Positions 42,563-49,883 of a stretch of 64,000 nucleotides of DNA are shown here, in pieces (position 1 is the first letter of the stretch; each line of letters begins with the position of its first letter). The notes under the pieces are model-generated. The model saw nothing but the letters and a program-made list of their open reading frames with translations, was not told the DNA's origin and did not search any database. Source of the DNA: Thermoplasmatota archaeon. Its GTDB lineage: Archaea; Thermoplasmatota; E2; JACPAO01; JAHFTW01. The stretch is taken from positions 20,604-84,603 of the forward strand of contig JBMYRW010000005.1 of NCBI GenBank assembly GCA_049602735.1, given 5' to 3'. Both the position numbers and the translations under genes were made by a program.

Positions 42563-44290
42563 ATGCGTGAGTTGGCAGCCTGTGGCGTCCTGATCCTCCT
42601 TCTGTCCCTGGCGGCGCCCGCCGCGACCCAGGTGATCCCGCCGCAACCCGTACCCGAAGTGGCCGCGGGCTTCACCTTGGCACCGCTCGCCGCCATGCCG
42701 GCCCCCACGGCCATCACCTGGGGCCCTGGCGGCGACGACGGCCCCGACCTGTACGCCACGACCCTCACCGGGGATGTTTGGCAGGCCCAGTTGCTCTGGA
42801 CCATCGCCGGTCCGATCGTGACGGGCATCGAGACGTACGCCACCGGCTTCGGCCAACCCCTTGGCCTGGCCTTCGTCGGCGACCGGTTGGCGGTGGCCGA
42901 CAGTCATGGCTACGAGGACCACGCGGACTACAGCAGCGCCGGCCGCGTCACGCTCCTCCATGAAGGCGGCGGCGACCAGACGACGGGCACGGTCATCGTG
43001 GACGGCCTCCCCCAGGGCCAACACAACGTCAACAACCTTCGCGTGGGCCCCGATCGGCGTCTCTACCTGCCCAACGGCAACCCCAACGACCAAGGGACGG
43101 GCACCGGCACGGGTCACCCGGACGCCTTCCCACTCACGGGCGCCTTCCTGTCCGTGGACGTGGACCAGGTGGCGGCCAGCCCCGCGATCCTGCGCTGGAA
43201 CGACGCCGGCGGCAACGACATCGCCCCCGGCGACCTGGCACTCCACCCGGGCAACGCGGACTTCATGGGCAAGGTGGACGTCTTCGCACACGGCTTCCGC
43301 AACATCTACGACATCGCCTTCGCGCCAGACCACCTCCCCTTCGGGGGTGAAGCCTACACCGGCACCAACGGCGCCGACGACCCGGCGAGCCAGGACCTGC
43401 TCTACCAGATCGAGGCGGGCGCGGACCACGGCTTCCCGTACTGCACCAACAGTGGCCCCTCCGGCGGCGTCGGCGACGACATCGCCGTGGGCGACTCGCC
43501 GGCCGTCCCGGCCGCACTGCCCCCTGGCCCTGACTGCGCCACGGTCCCCAAGGCGACGGCCAACCTGGGCTGGCATGTCTGTGCCACCGGCCTCGACTTC
43601 CCGACCGCGACCGGCAACTGGGCGTTCCCCGACAGCCATCAGCAGAGTGTCTACGTCGGCGAATGCGGGCCGTTCGATCCTTTCTCCGTGGCCAGCAACA
43701 GCCTGGCCGATCCGGCCAACGCCTCCCACAACACGGGCCACAAGGTGGTGCGCGTCGCACTGGACGAGAATGGCGAGGCGATGGAAGTGAAGGACTTCGT
43801 CAGCGGCATCCCGCTGCCGCTCGACGTGCTCTTTGGCCCCGACGGCGCCCTGTACATCGCCAACGCCAACGGTGTGAGCCGCGTCGCTCCCGTCGTCCCC
43901 GCGGGCACGGATGGCCCCCTCGTCGGCGACCTGCCTGTGCCCGATCCGGGCGTGCCGCTGCCGCCGCTGCCCGAGCCTCCTGCCGCGAACGAGGTCACCG
44001 TGGCCGCCGCCCTGTTCAGCTTCCTGAGCCCCGTCGTCGCGGTCCCCGCCGGCACCACCGTCGTCTGGGATGGCCTGCTCCTGGGCCACACGGTCACCAC
44101 GACGACCGAGATCGGTGGCACCACGTACGACACGCCGCCCGGCCCCGACAGCTTCAACGAGCCGTTGCCACAGGGCGGCGAGGTGCGTCACACGTACGAG
44201 ACGCCGGGCATCTTCAACTACTACTGCATCCCCCACGCCGCCGTCGGCATGGTGGGCGTGGTGGTCGTGACAGACGATCCTATGGGGTGA
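42563..44290 (+). CDS. Secreted glucose/sorbosone-dehydrogenase-like beta-propeller fused to a C-terminal plastocyanin-like type-1 copper domain
   Basis: Signal MRELAACGVLILLLSLAAPAATQ. SGDH-like HNVNNLRVGPDRRLYLPNGNPND and HGFRNIYDIAF. C-terminus VVWDGLLLGHTV...YYCIPHAAVGM (H..C..H....M). Confidence 0.8.
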   Translation: MRELAACGVLILLLSLAAPAATQVIPPQPVPEVAAGFTLAPLAAMPAPTAITWGPGGDDGPDLYATTLTGDVWQAQLLWTIAGPIVTGIETYATGFGQPLGLAFVGDRLAVADSHGYEDHADYSSAGRVTLLHEGGGDQTTGTVIVDGLPQGQHNVNNLRVGPDRRLYLPNGNPNDQGTGTGTGHPDAFPLTGAFLSVDVDQVAASPAILRWNDAGGNDIAPGDLALHPGNADFMGKVDVFAHGFRNIYDIAFAPDHLPFGGEAYTGTNGADDPASQDLLYQIEAGADHGFPYCTNSGPSGGVGDDIAVGDSPAVPAALPPGPDCATVPKATANLGWHVCATGLDFPTATGNWAFPDSHQQSVYVGECGPFDPFSVASNSLADPANASHNTGHKVVRVALDENGEAMEVKDFVSGIPLPLDVLFGPDGALYIANANGVSRVAPVVPAGTDGPLVGDLPVPDPGVPLPPLPEPPAANEVTVAAALFSFLSPVVAVPAGTTVVWDGLLLGHTVTTTTEIGGTTYDTPPGPDSFNEPLPQGGEVRHTYETPGIFNYYCIPHAAVGMVGVVVVTDDPMG

Positions 44291-44324
44291 CCCTTGCGTT
44301 CCCCGTGACCGCAAGCGGTTCCGC

Positions 44325-44421
44325 CATCTCCCCGAGTGATCCCTACGGGGTCACCCGTCCATCCGCTGGGGCTGCAAGCAGCCCCAGCATCTCCCCGAGT
44401 GACCCCTACGGGGTCACCCGT
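44325..44421. repeat. Two 34-nt direct repeats (1 mismatch), each with a GTGA(C/T)CCC-TAC-GGGGTCAC hairpin; copy 2 contains the aspS stop
   Basis: catctccccgagtgatccctacggggtcacccgt at 44325..44358 and catctccccgagtgacccctacggggtcacccgt at 44388..44421. They lie in the 115-nt spacer between convergent genes. Confidence 0.85.
44365..44388. terminator. Perfect 11-bp-stem palindrome between the two 34-nt repeats (candidate bidirectional terminator structure)
   Basis: gctggggctgc aa gcagccccagc. Located between convergent 42563..44290 (+) and aspS (-). Confidence 0.4.
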
Positions 44422-45761
44422 TGCAGATCTCGCGGGAACAGGATCGCTTCGCGGATGTTGGAGAGCCCAAGCATTTGCATCAGGATGCGCTCGATGCCGA
44501 TGCCGCAGCCGCCGTGGGGAGGCATGCCGTACTTGAACGCCTCCAGGTAGTCGGTGAAATCGGCAGGGTCGAGGCCCCAGCGCTTGATGCCGGCTTCGAG
44601 GAGGTCGGCGTCGTGGATGCGCTGGGCGCCGCTGATGAGCTCCACGCCGCGGTAGTCCAAGTCGAAGGCACGGCACAGGCGCGCGTCCTGGTCCTCGCCG
44701 TCGGGGTGGACATAGAACGGCTTGGGCGCCAGGGGCCACTTGGTGATGAAGTAGAAGTCGTGGCCCTCGGTGGCCATCGCTTCGCCCAGGATGCGTTCCG
44801 CTTCGGTGCCGATGTCGTCACCGAAGGCGAGGGGCGCATCCAGGCGGTCGGTGCCCTCGGCGAGCTGGTTGACAATCTCCAGGGCCTCTTCGTAGGTGAC
44901 GCGGCGGAACGGCAGCGCCGGCACCGGCACGTCGGCGCCGAGGGCCTCCAACTGGGGGCCGCAGTTCTCCACGACGCTCTTCCAGATGTGGTGCAGCAGC
45001 CCTTCGATGACCTCCATGACGTCCTCTTCGGACTCCACCCAGGCGACCTCCAGGTCGAACGCGGTGGATTCGTTGAGGTGGCGGGTGGTGGCGTGCTTCT
45101 CGGCGCGGAAGTACCGGGCGATCTCGAAGACGCGGTCCATGCCGCTGGCCATCATCATCTGCTTGTACAGCTGGGGCGACTGGCTGAGGAAGCATTCCTT
45201 GCCGAACCAGTCCACCTTGTAGGTGTCCGTGCCGCCCTCGCTGGAGGCGGCGATGATGTTGCTGGTGGTGATCTCCGTGAAGCCATGCTCGCCGAAGTAT
45301 TCGCGGCCGGCGCGCAGCACCTCGTGGCGGATGCGGAAAATGGCGTCGGCGCGGGGGGTGCGGACGTCCAGGTAGCGGTTGTCGAGGCGGGTGTCCAGGC
45401 CGGTCTCGATCTCATCGTCCCAGAGCGCCATGGGCAGCGGCGCGGCGGCCACGTTCTGCACCTTGGCACCGGTGGGGAGAACCTCGAAGCCGCTGGCGGC
45501 CTTGTCGGACTCCTTGACAAGCCCGGTGATGCTAACGGCGGACTCGGGCATGAGCTTGGTGAGCTCCTCGAACAGGCCGGGGGCGTCCTCGGCGAGCTTC
45601 TTCTTGAGGAGGACGAACTGGACCGTGCCGGTGCGGTCGCGCAGTACCAGGAAGGCGATGTTGCCCTTGGCGCGCAGGGTGTGCACCCATCCGGCGAACG
45701 TCTGCTCGGTCCCGTAGTGTTCAGGCTGCACCTCGCCGCAGCCCAGCGTCCGGAGCGTCAT
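44406..45761 (-). CDS. aspS: Aspartyl-tRNA synthetase (archaeal/eukaryal type)
   Basis: N-terminal OB AGWVHTLRAKGNIAFLVLRDRTGTVQ. Class II motifs FRAEKHATTRHLNE and GGCGIGIERILM. ATG at 45761 (MTLRTLG) preferred over the track's GTG 45881. Confidence 0.92.
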   Translation of the reverse strand: MTLRTLGCGEVQPEHYGTEQTFAGWVHTLRAKGNIAFLVLRDRTGTVQFVLLKKKLAEDAPGLFEELTKLMPESAVSITGLVKESDKAASGFEVLPTGAKVQNVAAAPLPMALWDDEIETGLDTRLDNRYLDVRTPRADAIFRIRHEVLRAGREYFGEHGFTEITTSNIIAASSEGGTDTYKVDWFGKECFLSQSPQLYKQMMMASGMDRVFEIARYFRAEKHATTRHLNESTAFDLEVAWVESEEDVMEVIEGLLHHIWKSVVENCGPQLEALGADVPVPALPFRRVTYEEALEIVNQLAEGTDRLDAPLAFGDDIGTEAERILGEAMATEGHDFYFITKWPLAPKPFYVHPDGEDQDARLCRAFDLDYRGVELISGAQRIHDADLLEAGIKRWGLDPADFTDYLEAFKYGMPPHGGCGIGIERILMQMLGLSNIREAILFPRDLQRVTP

Positions 45762-45830
45762 GGGCGGCGCGACCCGAATGGCCTTGAAAAGGCCAGAGGG
45801 CGCGTTGCCAGCGAGCCAAAGGGGAGCGGA

Positions 45831-45860
45831 CCCTACGGTATCGCTAGCGATACCGTAGGG
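45831..45860. promoter_or_regulatory. Perfect 30-nt palindrome about 70 nt upstream of aspS, at the left edge of the low-GC island
   Basis: ccctacggtatcgct|agcgataccgtaggg. Shares the core CCCTACGG with the hairpin repeats at the aspS 3' end. Confidence 0.5.
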
Positions 45861-45899
45861 AGAAAGCAGGGGCTGAATCACGCGTGTTCCTAGGGAGGG

Positions 45900-48420
45900 G
45901 CAGGGCGAGTGCTCGTCGAGTTCTGACTAGAAGGTCGCAGGATGTTCCTCAGGAGCAACCGCGCAACCCTGTGGGCCTTCAGACATCAATGGATGAATCT
46001 GAGGAAACCACGACTACCGGAGGCCCTGAAGTCGCCGAGGTTGGTTCCATGGGAGCATCAAGCCCGCATGAAGGGATGGGCTGTGCGTGGTGCCGAGGGG
46101 GCCTCGATAGGAGCTTGCATGGCCGTCCTCCCTGCAGGGCAAGGGTGCGTGAAGGCTTTTGAACGCAACTTCTCCTGTGAGTGGACTTGGCTTTCAACTA
46201 TCAGACCGCAAAGAGCCTAGCGCGGCTCGAAGTTCTGCCAACTCTGTGCGTAGTGCCAACAATTCCATTTGCTGCTGTTCAATCCTAGAATTTTGATTCA
46301 TGATGAGGTCGTCCAGTTCTTGGATTGCATTAATGCTGACAAATGTAAGCGCACTGGGGTTTACTACTAGAAGATCGATGTGCTCGGTATCATTTTCCGT
46401 CAAGTGGGAGCGTACTTCCGTCACGGTATACGGGGCAATTGGCTGAATCTCTTGTGCGATTACACCAATTTGAGGTAGGCCTTGCGGCGTGTTCGCGAGG
46501 CCATTGTATTCGAACGAAACTGGTCGGATGGACTTCACAACACTTAGGCCGTCTCGAAAATCCTCAATATCTTTTTTGACGCGGGCATCTGAGGGAGAGC
46601 TCCACGATGATCCAGTAGGCTTCATCGCGTCGCTGCGCACCTCGAGGTCATCATGAATATATACATCATTGCTCGAAGAAATAATTGATGAAGTGGGGGA
46701 TGGATCTCCGAACGTGTTGAAGGCAAAGGATTGGGAAGGATGTCCGCCGACTGCCAAGTTGTCTTCGATGGCGACCATATCATCAAATTCGAATCGACTC
46801 GATGTATGCTCGAATCGTCGCTGGGCATCGCCCATCCTTAGTTCGCCGGATATATAGGTGTCGTCAGCCTGTGAGCCCCCTAAGAAAAGATCCAGATTTG
46901 AGCCATCGATATGAAGCGTTGCCGGACTGCCCTCTACGGACAATTCTGTGTCGTCATCCAACGTGAATTGCCCCTCGATTTCGAGTTCAGAACCTGAATC
47001 AAATCTAAGCCGAGAACCGGAAAAAACATCCGACGAGTCTGCCCGCAGGAATTGCGAGCTCTCAAGGCCGTCGAGCTCGTCGGAATCATCAACCTTGTCG
47101 CCTTCTTCGTAGTAGCGGCTGTCGTGGTCGCTGGAGGACTTGTGGGCATCAAGTTCGGATTGAGTTGCGACGTTGAAATCGAGGTGAGATTGAGAGATCT
47201 CGCCGGCCGCAACTTTTGTGCCCACAATACCATTGTCGGCCAACTGGCTACTGCCAATACCTCCGTCGGCTACGTTGAACGTATCTCCTCCCGTCAATGT
47301 CAGACCCGTACCCGCCTGGTACGTCTGCCCGCCTCCGTCGGTGCCACAGGTGAGTCGTCCCGCGACGCTATCCCACAGCACCTTGTCATTGGCTCCCGTG
47401 CAAGAGGAGAGGTCGGTGGAATCGATGCTGAGCGTCTGAGAGCTGGTCAAGGCGCCGCCTCCGGAAAGACCGGAGGCCCCGGTCACGGATGGCACGCCGG
47501 AGAGGTCGGCCCAGGCTACCGTGCCGACGAAGCTGTCGGCGGTGACGGTGCCTGACGGCGCGATGGACATCGTGGAACTTCCGCCGCTTTCGAATTCCAT
47601 TGTCCCGACGTGGTCGATCTTGGAGTTTATGAACAGGGTTCCGAACCTGTTGCCGGTGGCGCCGAGGGCGGAGCCGCTTGTTGCGGGCGTGATGTCGCCT
47701 TCGACGGTCAGAGCAGAGACCGGCGAGTCGGTGTTGATGCCGACGCCGCCATCGGCGCGCAGAAGGGCTTGGTTGATGCCGGTGCTTTCGAAGCTGCTGC
47801 CTTGGTTATCTGCCCAAACGAAGGCGCCGTCGTGGATGGCTCTGGCCTGGTTGCCCGCGGCGAAGCTGGCAGCACCCGATGCAAGGTTGTTCGTGCCGCC
47901 GGGCACAGTGGCATGGCTCCCACTCGCCGTGTTCATGAGGCCGCCGCCGACGCTGGCGTATTCTCCCGACGTGGTCGTGATGAGCGCGTCCCCGGCTTGG
48001 TTGTTGGCGCCGCCGGCGATGGTCGCGTAGTTGTCCCTGAGGAGGTTGTCTGCGCCACCACTGATGACGGCGCCGAAGCCGTAGGCAAAGTTGGAGTCTC
48101 CGCCGCAGACTGTCGCAAACTGACGCTTCGCGTCATTGTTACGCCCGCCGCATACGGTCGTGAACGGGCTATGGGCGTCGTTTCCTCGGCCGCCTGAAAC
48201 CGTAGAAAAATCGCCGTCCGCATTGTTGTTCATACCACCGCCGATCGTGGAGCCCACCCCGCCACCATCAAGTGTGTCGCTCAATGCAACAGGGATAACG
48301 ACGACCACAACGGCAAGAATAAGCCAGCCCGAAATTCGAGTACTTGAGAACCTCAATGCAACCACCAAGGAACCAAATTCTGGATGCGGAAGCAATAGAA
48401 TTTTCGGTTAGGCTGCGCTG
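45900..48420. other. Low-GC genomic island (single large gene) between aspS and serS
   Basis: Hand counts: line 46261 is about 42% GC and the line near 47000 about 45%, versus 60-78% in flanking genes. No integrase or transposase seen. Confidence 0.6.
46194..48395 (-). CDS. Tail-fibre-like surface protein: N-terminal anchor, YadA-head-like Gly/Asn/Ala repeats, fibre region, C-terminal peptidase-S74 intramolecular chaperone domain
   Basis: TM ISGWLILAVVVVVIPVAL. Repeats ATIAGGANNQAG and ATVPGGTNNLASG. DELDGLESSQF motif. The C-terminus SDARVKKDIEDF..IRPVSFEY...IGVIAQEIQPIAP...L..INAIQEL plus a coiled coil matches endosialidase-chaperone domains. Confidence 0.8.
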   Translation of the reverse strand: MLPHPEFGSLVVALRFSSTRISGWLILAVVVVVIPVALSDTLDGGGVGSTIGGGMNNNADGDFSTVSGGRGNDAHSPFTTVCGGRNNDAKRQFATVCGGDSNFAYGFGAVISGGADNLLRDNYATIAGGANNQAGDALITTTSGEYASVGGGLMNTASGSHATVPGGTNNLASGAASFAAGNQARAIHDGAFVWADNQGSSFESTGINQALLRADGGVGINTDSPVSALTVEGDITPATSGSALGATGNRFGTLFINSKIDHVGTMEFESGGSSTMSIAPSGTVTADSFVGTVAWADLSGVPSVTGASGLSGGGALTSSQTLSIDSTDLSSCTGANDKVLWDSVAGRLTCGTDGGGQTYQAGTGLTLTGGDTFNVADGGIGSSQLADNGIVGTKVAAGEISQSHLDFNVATQSELDAHKSSSDHDSRYYEEGDKVDDSDELDGLESSQFLRADSSDVFSGSRLRFDSGSELEIEGQFTLDDDTELSVEGSPATLHIDGSNLDLFLGGSQADDTYISGELRMGDAQRRFEHTSSRFEFDDMVAIEDNLAVGGHPSQSFAFNTFGDPSPTSSIISSSNDVYIHDDLEVRSDAMKPTGSSWSSPSDARVKKDIEDFRDGLSVVKSIRPVSFEYNGLANTPQGLPQIGVIAQEIQPIAPYTVTEVRSHLTENDTEHIDLLVVNPSALTFVSINAIQELDDLIMNQNSRIEQQQMELLALRTELAELRAALGSLRSDS

Positions 48421-48521
48421 CTGTGCAGGCTTTTCCCTGCGCTATGGAGAACGACTGGACCCCCAGCCGCTTTCACGGGGTTCAGCCCGGGGCACCGTGC
48501 TTGTGGCTCGTTCAATCTGAG

Positions 48522-49844
48522 CTATGTTGCTGGAGCCGATGGTTCGATCCGTTCCCGTCCCCCCACGTACGGCCGCAGGACTTCGGGGATCGTGACGCTG
48601 CCGTTCTCGTTCTGGAAGTTCTCCAGGATGGCGACGAGGGTGCGCTGGACGGCGATGGCGGTGCTGTTGAGCGTATGGACGAACGCGGTCGGCTCGCCGG
48701 GTGCCTTGCGGTGGCGGGTGTTGTAGCGGCGGGCCTGATAGTCGGTGCAGTTGGAGCAGCTGACCACTTCGCGGTAGGCGCCCTGGACCGGCATCCAGGC
48801 CTCGATGTCGTACTTCTTGGCCGCCACGGTGCCCAGGTCGCCCGTACAGATCGTCACGACGCGGTAGGGGATGCCGAGGGCCTGGTAGAGCGCCTCGGCG
48901 TTGGCCAGCAGCTCTTCGTGCAGGTCCCACGACTGTTCGGCGGTGGCGTAGACGAACTGCTCCACCTTGGAGAACTGGTGGACGCGGAAGATGCCCTTGG
49001 AGTCCTTGCCATGGGCGCCCGCCTCCTTGCGGAAACAAGGGCTCACACCGGCGTACTTGAGGGGCAATTGGGGGTCTTCGAGGATCTCGCCCATGTGGAG
49101 CGCCGCCAGAGGGTGCTCGCTCGTGGCGATGAGGAACAGCTCCGGCGCGTCGCCCTTCTCAGCATCGGCGCCGCCGCCGGCCTCCACCTTGTAGATGACG
49201 TCCTCGAAGTCGGAGAGGTCCACCGCGCCCTCCACGGCCTCGCGGCGTAGCATGTAGGGGGGCTCGACAGGGGTGTAGCCGCGTTCGGCCAGGTGGCTGA
49301 GGGCCAGGAACTCCAAGCCACGCGCCAAGAGCACCAGGTCGCCCTTCAGGTAGGCGAACCGGCTGCCGGCGGCGCGCGCGGCGCGTTCCAGGTCGGCCAC
49401 GTCGAGGCTGTCCAGGAGGTCCACGTGGCTCACGGCGTTGAAGTCGTGGGTGGGCTGGCCGCCCCAGTCGCGCAGGAGCACGTTCTGGGTGTCGTCATCG
49501 CCGACCGGGACCGACTCGTGCATGATGTTGGGCAGCGAACGCAGCAGGGCGTCGCGGGCGGCTGCCGCGTCGGTGACCTTCTGCTCGGCGGCCTTGATGG
49601 CTGCACCGACCTTGCCCATGGCTGCGATGGCCGGCTGGGCGTCCTCCCCCGCCTTCTTCGCTGCCGCGATCGCCTTGGCCGCCTGGTTGCGCTCCGCACG
49701 CAGGTCGTTCTGCTCCTGCTGCGCCGCGCGCCACGCCGCATCATGGGCCAACAGCTCGTCCACGACGGCCTCGTCGCGGCCCCGCTTGCGCAGGTCGGCC
49801 TTGACCACCTCGGGCGTCTCCCGCAGCAGCTTGATGTCCAACAT
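48522..49844 (-). CDS. serS: Seryl-tRNA synthetase
   Basis: MLDIKLLRETPEVVKADLRKRG with a coiled-coil arm. Class II motifs FRKEAGAHGKDSKGIFRVHQFSKVE and GEPTAFVHTLNSTAIAVQRTLVAILEN. Confidence 0.95.
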   Translation of the reverse strand: MLDIKLLRETPEVVKADLRKRGRDEAVVDELLAHDAAWRAAQQEQNDLRAERNQAAKAIAAAKKAGEDAQPAIAAMGKVGAAIKAAEQKVTDAAAARDALLRSLPNIMHESVPVGDDDTQNVLLRDWGGQPTHDFNAVSHVDLLDSLDVADLERAARAAGSRFAYLKGDLVLLARGLEFLALSHLAERGYTPVEPPYMLRREAVEGAVDLSDFEDVIYKVEAGGGADAEKGDAPELFLIATSEHPLAALHMGEILEDPQLPLKYAGVSPCFRKEAGAHGKDSKGIFRVHQFSKVEQFVYATAEQSWDLHEELLANAEALYQALGIPYRVVTICTGDLGTVAAKKYDIEAWMPVQGAYREVVSCSNCTDYQARRYNTRHRKAPGEPTAFVHTLNSTAIAVQRTLVAILENFQNENGSVTIPEVLRPYVGGRERIEPSAPAT

Positions 49845-49883
49845 CGACGGCGCGCGCCAGATGGGGCGGCGTGAAAGGGTTGC

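Noticed and set aside
39031-44314. 626-aa plus-strand (39031..40911) and 1274-aa minus-strand (40490..44314) ORFs
   Set aside because: Antisense to coxA/coxC and to coxB and the dehydrogenase respectively. Both have Asp/Gly/Arg/His-rich low-complexity translations.
45762-45881. N-terminal 40-aa extension of AspRS from GTG 45881
   Set aside because: The extension reads straight through the 30-nt palindrome (..SPYGIASDTVG..) and has no counterpart in archaeal AspRS. MTLRTLG.. at ATG 45761 aligns with the usual start of the OB domain.
44421-45893. 490-aa plus-strand ORF
   Set aside because: Antisense to aspS.
45884-46220. Two ~92-aa plus-strand ORFs in the island's non-coding stretch
   Set aside because: Overlapping alternative frames with no motifs and no start context. 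I cannot support either as a gene.
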